A stretch of DNA of 64,000 nt, taken from contig LT642150.1 in the NCBI GenBank assembly GCA_900128585.1, forward strand, positions 1 to 64,000, given 5' to 3'. Below, piece after piece: positions 19,163-29,961 of the stretch. A model generated the notes under the pieces. The model was not told where the DNA came from and ran no database searches. It was given only the letters and a program-made list of their open reading frames with translations. This DNA comes from Stramenopiles sp. TOSAG23-3. Its lineage: Eukaryota. Position 1 is the first letter of the stretch. Every line of letters starts with the position of its first letter. The position numbers and the translations under genes were made by a program.

Positions 19163-21094
19163 ATGAGCGCGTTCACGGGTTCGTTTTCTTTGCGTGAAAA
19201 GCAAAAGCAAGCCGTATCGCGGCTGCTCAATTTAAACAAGAGCAGTGCGGGCAGATCAGACAGTGGTTCTGCTAGGCAGTTTAACTACAATTGGAAGGTT
19301 TTGATATACGACGAGCACTGCTCCGACATTTTAAGCCCCCTTTTGAACGTGCAAGAGCTGAGGGAATTGGGGGTAACGCTTCACATGCAAATTAGTTCCT
19401 CGAGGGAAAATATTGAAGACGTGCCTGCGATTTATTTCGTCCGGCCGACCCAAGCAAGCATTGACTATCTATCCGAAGACCTTGCAAAGCAGCTTTATGA
19501 CAGCTACCATTTGAATTTTTCGTGCCCCATGGACCGCAAACTGCTGGAACTCTTGGCCACTAAGTACGCAGACAGCTGCGGGAACACAACCGCCAACCTA
19601 CGCCTCTACGACCAGTTCTTAGACTTTGTGTCCGTCGAGGAAGACTTTTTTAGCTTGAATTTGCAAAATTCTTTTCAGCAGTTCTTTGCCCAAAACGCAA
19701 ACGAGCAGGTGATCGGCCAGGCGGTCGCACGGGTCGTCGACGGTCTGTTTGCAGCGTTAGTTACTTTGGGGGTGATCCCGACAATTCAGTGTCCGGCAGG
19801 CGGGGCTGCGGAGATGGTTTGTCAGCAGCTGAGCAATAAGATATACCGGACACTGTCGAATTCAAAATCTAGCCATTTGTTTTCTGGGGACAAGGACCCG
19901 GGCAGCTCCTCGGCGACCCCGAAGCGTCCCGTGTTGGTCCTTTTCGACCGCAACATCGACATTGTCCAGGCGTTGCACCACACAAGCACCTACCAGGCCT
20001 TGACGGATGACCTGTTTGAGACGAAGCTGAACCGTGTCAAGATCGTGGATTCTGAGACAGGGGCAGTTTCGAACGTGTCCCTCGATGGGAGGATTGACAA
20101 ATTCTGGGATGTGCAGTGCGGGGAGCTGTTCCCGAATGTTGTTGAAGCGGCAGAGCAGGAAAGGAAGCGGTTGATTGGATTAGAGCAGGAAATTAAACGA
20201 AAGGCCCAAGACAGCCAGAGCGACATGGGGGGAACCAGCAACCTCCACGACGCCGTGTCTAACCTGGAAAAGTACGAAGAGGACAAGAAGAGGATAAACT
20301 CCCATTACAAAGTATTAGAGGCTATAATGGAGAAAGTTGCCGACCGGAATATTCCAAGCTTTTTCGAGACAGAGCAACAGATTGCCATGTCGGACACTAT
20401 CCAAACCGATGCAATCGTCAAGATGCTGTCCGCGGAAGGAAAAGGGAGCGTCTCCGACAAACTTCGGCTTTTCATCATCTGGTACCTGTGCACCGATGAC
20501 ATTGCGGACGGGGACTTCGCAAACGCCAAATACACCTTGCAACGCAGTTTTGAGGGCGGAAACGCTGCAGGAAATAGTTTGCAAGGACTCTCCATGAATA
20601 ATATCTGCGAAGCAATCGCCCGGATGAAGTTAGTGTGCAAACCTTACGAAAAGTCGGCTTCGAAGTTGTCCAATGATACCCAACAAGACTCGCAGTTGGC
20701 TTCCGCAGCCGCGTGGGCAACTTCGATGTTGAAAGAAGGGACCAAATTGGTAAAAAAGTGGATACCCCGCAGCAACGTGGATACCAAAATTACAAGAATT
20801 TGCAGCGAAATCATGAAAAACACCGGAGACAACACTGCTTTGGGGAAAGAAGGAATCAAAGACATGGTGCACTTCGACCCAATGATGAAAGCCAGCAAAT
20901 TAGCCAGGAACCCGTTGAACAGCGAAAATGAAGTGGAAGACCTTCTTGTGTTTCTCATTGGCGGAGCAACGTACACAGAGTACCATAATCTTAAGGCGCA
21001 CGCCCGAAACATGTCGCCCCCAAGAAATGTTATTTTTGGAAGCACAGAAATAGTGAACGGGGAGCGCTTCTTGAAGCAAGTGAATTCTTCATAG
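19163..21094 (+). CDS. SLY1: Sec1/Munc18 family protein Sly1
   Basis: WKVLIYD, LRELGVTLH, DVPAIYFV, RPVLVLFDRNID..LHHTSTYQAL and VFLIGGATYTEY; first ATG at 19163. Confidence 0.93.
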   Translation: MSAFTGSFSLREKQKQAVSRLLNLNKSSAGRSDSGSARQFNYNWKVLIYDEHCSDILSPLLNVQELRELGVTLHMQISSSRENIEDVPAIYFVRPTQASIDYLSEDLAKQLYDSYHLNFSCPMDRKLLELLATKYADSCGNTTANLRLYDQFLDFVSVEEDFFSLNLQNSFQQFFAQNANEQVIGQAVARVVDGLFAALVTLGVIPTIQCPAGGAAEMVCQQLSNKIYRTLSNSKSSHLFSGDKDPGSSSATPKRPVLVLFDRNIDIVQALHHTSTYQALTDDLFETKLNRVKIVDSETGAVSNVSLDGRIDKFWDVQCGELFPNVVEAAEQERKRLIGLEQEIKRKAQDSQSDMGGTSNLHDAVSNLEKYEEDKKRINSHYKVLEAIMEKVADRNIPSFFETEQQIAMSDTIQTDAIVKMLSAEGKGSVSDKLRLFIIWYLCTDDIADGDFANAKYTLQRSFEGGNAAGNSLQGLSMNNICEAIARMKLVCKPYEKSASKLSNDTQQDSQLASAAAWATSMLKEGTKLVKKWIPRSNVDTKITRICSEIMKNTGDNTALGKEGIKDMVHFDPMMKASKLARNPLNSENEVEDLLVFLIGGATYTEYHNLKAHARNMSPPRNVIFGSTEIVNGERFLKQVNSS

Positions 21095-21369
21095 CAAACG
21101 GAGTCCTCGGCAGATTATTCCATGGTGGTGGATGTTTAAAAAAAAAATCAATCTCTTGCTTCTTGAAGAAATCCTCCTCCCTCGCTCCTCAATAATAAAA
21201 AATTAAACAACATACTAGACTATATAGTATACATACATATTTATGCCTTAATTAATGATTAAATGCAATAGAATAATAAATGTATAAATAAATAGTAAAC
21301 TAGTAAATGTGAAGTCAAATAAATATGAACAGGAGGAAACAGGATGCAACATTAACAAATAATTACATC

Positions 21370-21442
21370 ATTGGCAATCATAGCAAGCTCCTTAATTTAC
21401 GATTGGGCGGGAAAAGTTTTGAATACATAAACACACCATTGG
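21370..21442 (+). promoter_or_regulatory. Putative cell-cycle promoter module (3x ATTGG, E2F-like GGCGGGAAAA, TTTGAA) upstream of dUTPase
   Basis: ATTGG at 21370, 21402 and 21438; GGCGGGAAAA at 21406-21415; TTTGAA at 21418-21423. Function is inferred from animal and plant consensus motifs. Confidence 0.45.
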
Positions 21443-21834
21443 AAATTCTGAATTCAACACAAAAAAAATGATGAATACGGCGAGAAATTTTTTTTGATGC
21501 TGCCCGCGCGCGGCGCTGCTCTGTTGTATGTTGTGTGGTATAGTGTTGATAATAATTATTGTTTTTTATTATTTTTTTTTCTATCTTCTTTTTATCCTCC
21601 TTCTTTTTTTAGGTAGGCTGTGCTTTTATTTGTGGTAACCAACCAGGAAAGAAGTGACTAATGTAGTAGTTGTTTTGTTAAGTAATTATAAAAAGGAACA
21701 GGCACACTTTAAATCTTCCGAACAATTTAACAAAAACCGAGAAGTTTTAAGTAAGAAATACACACTTTACCTGCATATATTTAATTCCCAAGATTCGTCG
21801 CAACACGTTACTGAGATTACCTGTACGTCGTGCT

Positions 21835-22308
21835 ATGTCTGCCATTAGCTCCCCGAAAGAGGTGTTGAAAATTAAGCGGCTTTCAGAAAATGCCATCATT
21901 CCAACGCGCGGAAGCCCTTTGTCTGCGGGGTATGATTTGTGCGCAGCAGTACCAACTGTTGTTCCTGCGCGAGGAAAGGCTCTTGTGAAAACAGATTTGG
22001 CCATGATTGTACCAAGCACGTGCTATGGGCGAATAGCCCCGCGGTCTGGCTTGGCTTGGAAAAAGCACATTGACATTGGAGCTGGTGTAATTGACGCTGA
22101 CTACCGTGGCCCAGTTGGCGTGGTCATGTTCAACCACGGTGATTCGGACCTAGAGGTGAAACACGGGGATCGAATTGCGCAGCTTGTTTTGGAAAAAATA
22201 TCGTATGCGGACATTGTTGAAGTTGCTGATCTAGATGAGACAGAACGAGGAGCCGGCGGCTTTGGTTCCACTGGGGTAGAAACCCAAAAAAAACCACGCA
22301 TCGAGTAA
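21835..22308 (+). CDS. DUT: Trimeric dUTPase
   Basis: All five motifs present: [31 protein letters not shown] and [11 protein letters not shown]-terminal KKPR is NLS-like. Confidence 0.97.
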   Translation: MSAISSPKEVLKIKRLSENAIIPTRGSPLSAGYDLCAAVPTVVPARGKALVKTDLAMIVPSTCYGRIAPRSGLAWKKHIDIGAGVIDADYRGPVGVVMFNHGDSDLEVKHGDRIAQLVLEKISYADIVEVADLDETERGAGGFGSTGVETQKKPRIE

Positions 22309-22510
22309 ATCAACTCTTCTACTTTTAGCGTTTTTGCATTGCCATTCCGGGAGTGTAGTCTTACTGATATACTAGCTATTTTAACGTTTTAACATATGTT
22401 TATTGCATTCTTTGCAATGGAGTGTAATGAAGAACATTTAATGTTCCGCACTCCTTACTATGCTTTTTGATTTTTGTCTTTTTTAAAATTTAAATTAAAT
22501 TTTATAAAAA

Positions 22511-24361
22511 TCAAAATATGAAGGCATGTTTTCCGCTATACCGTTGAGCGAATTCTCCACGCGACTTCATGGCCTCTAGATTGGATTCGAGGGTTTCAGC
22601 GTTATGGTTCAAGGTAGACTTATGCCTGTCTTGTACAGCAACCCCCAGCCCTTCTTTAAAGAACGCCAAGGCGACCGCCCTGTTGTCTTTTTGCAGCGCA
22701 CAGACACCCAAATTATTGTATAATATTGGGTCCACCCCGTATTTGTTCATTGCAGACTCATACATCCCGCACGCTTCCATAAGCTTTCCTCGCATGATTC
22801 TGAACTTAGCGAAATGCATTTCAGCTTTGAGCCCCACCGTTGGTGAATGCCACTCGATCCTGTCAAAATATACAGACGCTTCGTTCGTTCGTCCATGCTT
22901 CACGTAGTACTCAACAAGTTGATCCATAGAGCGCCAGTCCGTTGGATCAAGCTGTATCGTATGCTTCCACACGTAAACGTCGCTTCGCCATGTTAGAATT
23001 TGCCGGTAGGTAAAGAATGTGGAACACAAAAGCCAGAAAACGGCCGAGAATAAAGACAACGACCTCTTATTCCCCAACCACCCTTTCTTCAGTAGAGCAC
23101 GTTCCAACTCTTCATCTTCATAATCGCCATCCGTCTGCGGAACGTCGTCACTCGGAGTGACCGACTGGTACACAGCGCCAAGTAAGGCGCTAACCCCAAG
23201 CATTGGAAAATACATGTAGCGGTCTCCACCCATGGCGATCATACCGTGTTGAATGATTCCTACGGTCGGCAGCATGGTGAAAACAAAATATGCCCAAAAC
23301 GCAGCGAAACCCGACTTTTCCCTCCAAAAAGTCACTGCTACTATTGTTCCTGTGCAGAATAGCATAATGCCCAACAGAGCTTCGTTGGGAGGGTTGGTTA
23401 CGTCCAATTTCCATTCTTGAACCTGGTAGTGGGCCTGCAACTGGGCCGGCCAGATTGCCTTCCCAACAAAAATCCCAAATGTACAGAAAGCTTTCATTAT
23501 TCTTTGTGGCGTGTCCAACTTTTGCGTGTCGAGCATGGGGTTCGTGCCCTCGGCGTTGGCAGAAAGGGTTGCAAACAATGCACCAAAAACCGCGACGGCG
23601 TAAAGTACTCGCTTTGCACAGTACTTTACAAGCCTCTGAAATAAGTCTTTCAACTCTCCATCGTTCACGTTCTCAGTAGCAGCGAAATCAATGGCAAGGA
23701 CTGCTATGGGGAAAGTCAAAGCGACGCCTTTCGACAACACTGCAAGCACATAGCATGCGACCGAAAGGAGAAGCCATTTGTGGTCTACTTCATTCACGCT
23801 CACCTCTTCTGATGACTCACTGGGTGCACCTAAGTCGCTGCATTTGTACGCCAGTAGAGAAGCCAAGGCGAAGAAACAAGATAGACCATACGGATTGGCA
23901 CTCGGCCACCCAATAACCTCCACGTTTAATGGGTGCAGTGCAAAGAATAGAGAGCCGATAAGGGGTCCGTCTGTTGAAAATGACCCGCCGTGCCCTTCAT
24001 CTGTCAAGCGAAATTTAACAAAAGCCCACCGCAACACAAAGTACAACAGGACTGAATTTAGAAGGTGCAGACAAAATGTGCAGACACGATTTGCGTGCGA
24101 GTCGAGCCCAAAACAAGCAAAAATAATTGCTTTCATATACCACCCAAGCGGTTCCCAGACGTTGATTCGAACAGCATATGCCATCTCGACAATGTTGTCC
24201 CAATCCAATTTTCGAAACAAATCATTTTCCAAAAAGTTACTATCATCATCCCATGTTTGTATAAACGCCCACTCCGAGGAGGGAACCGTGTACAGAGGCG
24301 AATATGCAATGGCAGTGCACAAAACTATGGCCGAGAGTGAGACCACCAAAGGCTTCTGCAT
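22511..24361 (-). CDS. TMTC-like (GT-C fold) multi-pass membrane protein with short TPR tail
   Basis: WDDDSNFLEN luminal motif, LFFALHPLNVEVIGW, GDRYMYFP, TWRSD...W, then TPR helices (YNNLGVCA). Confidence 0.8.
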   Translation of the reverse strand: MQKPLVVSLSAIVLCTAIAYSPLYTVPSSEWAFIQTWDDDSNFLENDLFRKLDWDNIVEMAYAVRINVWEPLGWYMKAIIFACFGLDSHANRVCTFCLHLLNSVLLYFVLRWAFVKFRLTDEGHGGSFSTDGPLIGSLFFALHPLNVEVIGWPSANPYGLSCFFALASLLAYKCSDLGAPSESSEEVSVNEVDHKWLLLSVACYVLAVLSKGVALTFPIAVLAIDFAATENVNDGELKDLFQRLVKYCAKRVLYAVAVFGALFATLSANAEGTNPMLDTQKLDTPQRIMKAFCTFGIFVGKAIWPAQLQAHYQVQEWKLDVTNPPNEALLGIMLFCTGTIVAVTFWREKSGFAAFWAYFVFTMLPTVGIIQHGMIAMGGDRYMYFPMLGVSALLGAVYQSVTPSDDVPQTDGDYEDEELERALLKKGWLGNKRSLSLFSAVFWLLCSTFFTYRQILTWRSDVYVWKHTIQLDPTDWRSMDQLVEYYVKHGRTNEASVYFDRIEWHSPTVGLKAEMHFAKFRIMRGKLMEACGMYESAMNKYGVDPILYNNLGVCALQKDNRAVALAFFKEGLGVAVQDRHKSTLNHNAETLESNLEAMKSRGEFAQRYSGKHAFIF

Positions 24362-25213
24362 GGTTGTGATAACGTTTCAAGCAAAAATAGCAGAGAACGG
24401 TGCAAACGTTAATATCGATGGTAAAAGTCTTTTCTTCCTGAATTTCTACATTCATTATTTCTTTTTGATGCACCGACATTTTTCTAAAACTATTTATATA
24501 TAGACGACTATGTATATATTGTACATAAAATTTCACAGACACCAGATTTAGAAGTTGGTGGTGGTGTAGGTGTATGCGCGGTCGTCGGTCGTCGGCGGTG
24601 GGGAAGAAGAAGGAATAATAATAAGGAGGAAAGAGAGAAGAGAGACACCCCCCCCCCATCAATTTTTTAAAGATTCTTTCTCTAATTTTCCACTGTGCTA
24701 CCTGTATTAATAATACCTCCTTGGTATTACTATACTAAAATAATAATAAAAAATACAATTTATTAGACCGACTAATAATTATTATTGGTAAAAAAAATTG
24801 ATAATAAAATATGATTATTATTATTATTTATTTATTTATGAAATATAAGAGTAAGTACGAAGAATCGATTGGATTCGTTATACAAAAAGCAGCAAGGACA
24901 TCAAACAATGACCGTTATTCAAGTAAAACACAAATATCAAATACATATTAATACTGTGTGGTGCATATATGTTATTATTATGAAAAAGAATATAATAATT
25001 ATAAAAAATTATTATTATTATGATGAATGACATTATTGTACTCGTATAAATCAAAACATTAAAATAGGAAACTAAATCGTTCATTTTGGTTAGTGTGAAA
25101 CAGGTCTTTGGAACGTGGATTGCTCTATTTTTTTTTTGCCGAATGAGCATTCGACGAAATTGGGAGGATAGAAATTACTTGTAGTGCCTCACCCAATTGG
25201 ACTGCACACAATA

Positions 25214-27511
25214 ATGTCCTTTTTCGATGGGGTTACTCCATCGACTTTATTAGCTGGTGGGAGTTCACTGCATGTCCCTGCACATGAAAAGCGGCAGAGA
25301 GTATCATGGTTTACATCAGGTAAGCAGAAAGAGGCCGTGCTTCGCCGAGGAAAGGTTGCGATGCCCCCACGCCGGCCTGCGACGACGTACAACGGAAGGT
25401 CGAGGGGTAACACCTGGGGAAGGCAAAACCAGCAGAATACCAATCGACCTCAGACACAAGGCCAGCGGTCATTTTCGCAGTATTTAAGCAAAAAGTCAAT
25501 TATTGCAAAGAAAAGATCCAGCGGTCCAGCCTCCAGATTAGGGAATGAGAAACCGACCAACGTGCGGGTTATTCATACCAAAAGGGCACAGCGCGTCCAA
25601 GAAGCGATCGTTGCTTCTGGGGGATATAGATCGTCGCCACTCTCATTATTTGTGAAGTTAAAAGAAAAACTTCACTCCCGTGGTGTGACCAAGGACAAAA
25701 GCGTTGCAGCATGCGTAGAAATCCTAGAGAAAATGGCAGAAGACAAGTCCCAGGCAATAAGCGAGATGATGGAGGAAATGCTCCCACTTATTGCGAATGC
25801 CATTTATGCAGATAGTGTGACACGGAGCGTGCCGTTTTACAATCTGACGAAACAACTGGAAAGCGAAAATAAAGAAATGAAAATCCGAGAAGCCAAATTT
25901 GACACAAAGTTAGAGATGCATAGAAAGGCTCGAGAAGAACTGATGAAGCAAGTGAGGTCGTTAGAAATTGGGGTAGATTTATACCAGCAGAAGTTAGAAA
26001 AGGAGAAAACCGCAAATAAAAAAGCAGCAAAGATAAACAGAGTGCAACGTAAAAAGATGAATCATGCCACAGAGCAGAATCTGAGTCTCTTGGGTATGGT
26101 AACAAGCTCTGAATCGGAAAGACAAGATGCTGAAAAAGAGCATCGCACTAAAATTATGAAGTTGAACGACGATCTTGTGGCTTCGCAGGAAAATTGTAGC
26201 GCTTTGTCTTCTGCCTTGCGGGTATTGCAGATGGAACTCGAAAAATTAAAGAATCCGAAAGACGATCAGTCCGAAATTAGTCGTTTGAGCAAGGAGTTGC
26301 AAGAAGTCAAAAATACCTTGAAAATGCAGCGTGGACAATATTTACAATTGGTCGACAACAAAGCGTCCAAACCTCGTGGGGATGACGAGTTTTATGCTCA
26401 TTTGGTTGGAAGTGTGAGCCCCTTGTTACCCCCCGAGCACATGTGGACCGGAAAAGTGAGAACACGATTGCTTACCCCAAACGAATTAAGCGCGTTCATA
26501 AACCAAGCATGGACAGAATATGTAGATAATTTTGGTGCTGGGTTAGACGTGTGGAAATTTGATTCACTCCCAAACGCAGGTAATGACGAGCCAAGCGCAG
26601 ATATGTTCAACGTTTTGGACCATTCTAATAGTTTTAGCACTTGGTTGCCGGGCCATTTGCTACGTTCAGAGTCTGAATGGCTGCATCACCAATTGATATG
26701 GGGAAAAATTAACCTTCATCCAAAGAAAGAGAAACAAATGCTGAAAGAGGTTTTACCGCAAGTGTTTATTTCAAATGTCAAAGAATCCTGTATCAAATGG
26801 CAGGGTAAGAGCACTAAATTCACAATATTTCACGGTATTTTGTCAAGGAGTGTTCATGAGGGCTGCTACGCCGACCAGCTTGACATGGTTAGTGCTCTAC
26901 GGAAAGGATTGGTGCAGCTCGATACGGAGAACTCCGGAATTTTGGCGTACAGCCAGATTGACGATTTCTTACGGTCATTTCTTCCACGAACAGTGGAGCA
27001 TGAGTTTGACTTTATTGATACTTATGGGAGAAGCTCAGGGTTTTATAAATCGAAAATCGCATATGGCAACTTGTTTGAGGGCCACGACAAAAATGGCCTT
27101 CTCCGAGAACTGCTGTCTTTGCACGTGGCAAGTAGCATGGACTTCAAGGAAAAGCTTCAGTGCACAGTAAGATCATATAAGGGTATCGACAATTGCGTCG
27201 ATGCAAATGATATTCGTACGGCGATCATAGAAGTGGATCCTCTCCGACCAAAAAATTCCGTTGACAATTGGGTGGGTTTATTTTTACAGCACTCCGAATA
27301 CGCAACGAAGATGAGAAAATCCTCCAAGCACAGAAGCAAGAGGAAGTCTGTGTCTGTTGAAGACGAAATGGAAACTTTAAAAGCGAAAGCTGCAGCGTTT
27401 GCTGCAGCCAGAGATAAATACAAGCGCGTCCCAACCGATGATATCGTCGACGCATTGAACTACTTTTTCGTGCGGGAATTTGGCTGGTGGAGGAACGAAG
27501 CGGAAAAATAG
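25214..27511 (+). CDS. Coiled-coil protein, TSNAXIP1-like
   Basis: Long coiled coil, then HMWTGKVRTRLLTPNELSAFINQAW, an EF-like LDTENSG segment and AIIEVDPLRP, resembling the TSNAXIP1 C-terminal region. The ORF is certain; the family assignment is tentative. Confidence 0.55.
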   Translation: MSFFDGVTPSTLLAGGSSLHVPAHEKRQRVSWFTSGKQKEAVLRRGKVAMPPRRPATTYNGRSRGNTWGRQNQQNTNRPQTQGQRSFSQYLSKKSIIAKKRSSGPASRLGNEKPTNVRVIHTKRAQRVQEAIVASGGYRSSPLSLFVKLKEKLHSRGVTKDKSVAACVEILEKMAEDKSQAISEMMEEMLPLIANAIYADSVTRSVPFYNLTKQLESENKEMKIREAKFDTKLEMHRKAREELMKQVRSLEIGVDLYQQKLEKEKTANKKAAKINRVQRKKMNHATEQNLSLLGMVTSSESERQDAEKEHRTKIMKLNDDLVASQENCSALSSALRVLQMELEKLKNPKDDQSEISRLSKELQEVKNTLKMQRGQYLQLVDNKASKPRGDDEFYAHLVGSVSPLLPPEHMWTGKVRTRLLTPNELSAFINQAWTEYVDNFGAGLDVWKFDSLPNAGNDEPSADMFNVLDHSNSFSTWLPGHLLRSESEWLHHQLIWGKINLHPKKEKQMLKEVLPQVFISNVKESCIKWQGKSTKFTIFHGILSRSVHEGCYADQLDMVSALRKGLVQLDTENSGILAYSQIDDFLRSFLPRTVEHEFDFIDTYGRSSGFYKSKIAYGNLFEGHDKNGLLRELLSLHVASSMDFKEKLQCTVRSYKGIDNCVDANDIRTAIIEVDPLRPKNSVDNWVGLFLQHSEYATKMRKSSKHRSKRKSVSVEDEMETLKAKAAAFAAARDKYKRVPTDDIVDALNYFFVREFGWWRNEAEK

Positions 27512-27576
27512 GAAATCAAGTCAACACCAGCCATTTTGTTGTTTTTAATTTACCTAGACCACTATTTTGTTTTTAA

Positions 27577-27820
27577 TAAACAAAATATATATGAATAGTA
27601 TGTATGTTTTAAGACTCTCATTTTAAATCAATTACTAATTCAAATCCAACCCTAATCCTAAATATAATTTTTTCATATTCAGGAACAAACGTATGATATC
27701 ATATATGATACAAATTATATAGTATGTTGAGTCTTAAAACAAAAAACAAATTATATATAGTCTTAAACCATACTATATAATTTGTTTTTTCATATGATAC
27801 TATATATATTAATTTGTTTT
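27577..27820. repeat. Dispersed AT-rich repeat, copy A, with several inverted head fragments
   Basis: 27607-27660 is 45/54 identical and ungapped to 50377-50430. Head fragments CAAATTATATAGTATG and GAGTCTTAAAAC occur in both orientations to about 27820. Confidence 0.8.
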
Positions 27821-27966
27821 CAAAACGTTTTCAAAGATCGGTTAAAAATGAAAAAGTTGCAAATTAATTCAGGTGCTTAGTAGAGCACGTAGGTACTTGT
27901 AAGAACTACTTGGTAAGAACTCTGTAGAAATAAGAAAGTAGCACTCGCGCATGGTCATAACGCATG

Positions 27967-28764
27967 CTACACGTGGGAAACGTTAGTGCCCCCTTTCCCC
28001 CAAGCAAGCTTGACTTTTTGAGGATACAGTGCGTTTTCCTCCACGCTCTCACCATCGCTACTATCGCCGCTGTCCTCGCTCTTCTCCTCCGAGCTTGTAG
28101 TTACAATGGATTCACCTTCGCTGCTTTCTTCATCAGTTACGGGTTCGCCTGCTGATAGCCCTAACCTCAACTCACGATCAAGAGTATACACGATCTTTTC
28201 TTCTCCCTCTATTTCAAAACCCTTCACACTGGCATCGGCAGCATCTGCCAGCAGTTCATAAGTGCTTGAACCGAACGACACTTTGCACAACCTTCGGCAG
28301 TCTTTTCGACTGAAAGTCGAAAAAGCGCCCCAGAAGACACAGGCGGCAGACAATGGTATCATTCCCATAAACGGCTCTATTGTGAAGAAAAGAAATGTCC
28401 AAGCCGCGTACGTATGCCCGATTGCGAGCCAGAATATCGGTATATATTTGCACCTCAGCGATGCCTTGGCCTTTCCTTTGGTGCCTCTTTTAATGTAATT
28501 GCAGGACCACAACGCTGGTGGGGGCCATTTGATAACGATCAAATGTATTGCCCCAGCGTGGAAATAAAACAAGATGACTGTAATCACGGATGAAAATATA
28601 CTGACTAAAGAAATGTCCCCGTACGACCTATGCCATCTTTCGTACGGGAAGTAAGGGTTGTTCATGCGAGTTACAATAACGCAGGTAAAACACCCCAGCA
28701 GCATCCCACCAAACAACGAAATCGCCGGAAGTAGTAAGCGGCACACTTTATACGGGCGGCACAT
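27967..28764 (-). CDS. Uncharacterised membrane protein (~4 TM) with acidic C-terminal region
   Basis: First ATG at 28764; four hydrophobic segments and a Ser/Glu-rich tail; no family recognised. Confidence 0.7.
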   Translation of the reverse strand: MCRPYKVCRLLLPAISLFGGMLLGCFTCVIVTRMNNPYFPYERWHRSYGDISLVSIFSSVITVILFYFHAGAIHLIVIKWPPPALWSCNYIKRGTKGKAKASLRCKYIPIFWLAIGHTYAAWTFLFFTIEPFMGMIPLSAACVFWGAFSTFSRKDCRRLCKVSFGSSTYELLADAADASVKGFEIEGEEKIVYTLDRELRLGLSAGEPVTDEESSEGESIVTTSSEEKSEDSGDSSDGESVEENALYPQKVKLAWGKGGTNVSHV

Positions 28765-28799
28765 GGCTACTGGTCTCTGTTGTTCAGACAATTGTGCTT

Positions 28800-28853
28800 A
28801 TGTATCACTTGGTACAACTACAGCAAATGTATCACTTGGTACAACTACAGCAA
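28800..28853. repeat. Perfect 27-bp tandem duplication
   Basis: ATGTATCACTTGGTACAACTACAGCAA twice (28800-28826 and 28827-28853). Confidence 0.95.
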
Positions 28854-29961
28854 TGCGTTGTTTTAAATTGGCGCAGAAGTCAAAGCGAACAGTTTTAAAA
28901 ATAATTCAATCGTTTAAATCGTACGAAATTGGGATGTATACTTTTCTTTTTCATGAATGTGTTGAACCGTATATTTTATATTCTCAAAATCAGTTTGAAA
29001 AATTCGTTGGAGGCCATCTCATCATCATTCTTCATTTTTTTAATTATAATATATCTCTCATCACATCATCATTTCACACACAGTCACACAGTCGTTCAGA
29101 GACTTTTTTTGATTGATTTTAACTATACCAATACATAGGTCGAGTTTACTATTACTATACGATAATATTTGATAGATAGTATTAACTACGTAAAATACCA
29201 TTTTAAAGTATACGCTCCTCGTACAAAAGCTTGTGTTGTTAATTTTACTATACAAATAACATGTATCAATAAAAATACTTTCCTAGATAATCAATAAAGT
29301 AATCGACTCTTCGCTCTCATTTTTTATAATTGATGCTGTGTATATATACGATTCGCTTCACCCCTTTGAAGTGTACAACCAACACCGTTGTTCTAATGAA
29401 CGTTTGATGCTGTGTGGTGTGAATTGACTTGAAAAGAGGAATGAAAAGTCTAAATAATATGCAATTAGCATTGAAAACAAATTTGCAAAAATGGAGAAAG
29501 AAATGAAAAGATGCGAAACCAAAAAGCAGCAGCAGCAGCAGCAGCATCAGCGAGAAGTAAAAAATAATAATTAAAAAAAAAAAAAGAAAGGGGAATAATA
29601 ATTCTAATAATAATAAAACAACAATAACAACAATAAGAACAGGGAAACAACATTGAGAAAAGAAAAGTGACAACAACAAAAAACAAATGTTAATTTATTA
29701 TATCTTATTATTATTATTGTATACCACCACCAACATAAGGAGGGAGTAATTATTAAATGTATCATCATCTCATGACTATTCTAATGCCGAAGAAGTTCAA
29801 TCTGTTTTAGACTGGTTTGGTATGTGTTGTTTTAAAAGCATTTAATGTCAATACTTGAATTTGGGAAAGTTTAAGCAAAATAGTATAACTTTTATATCTT
29901 GCATGAAGCACGATTTTTTACAACCACGGAAGTATTGAACGATCGTCACTTACTTGAAAGT

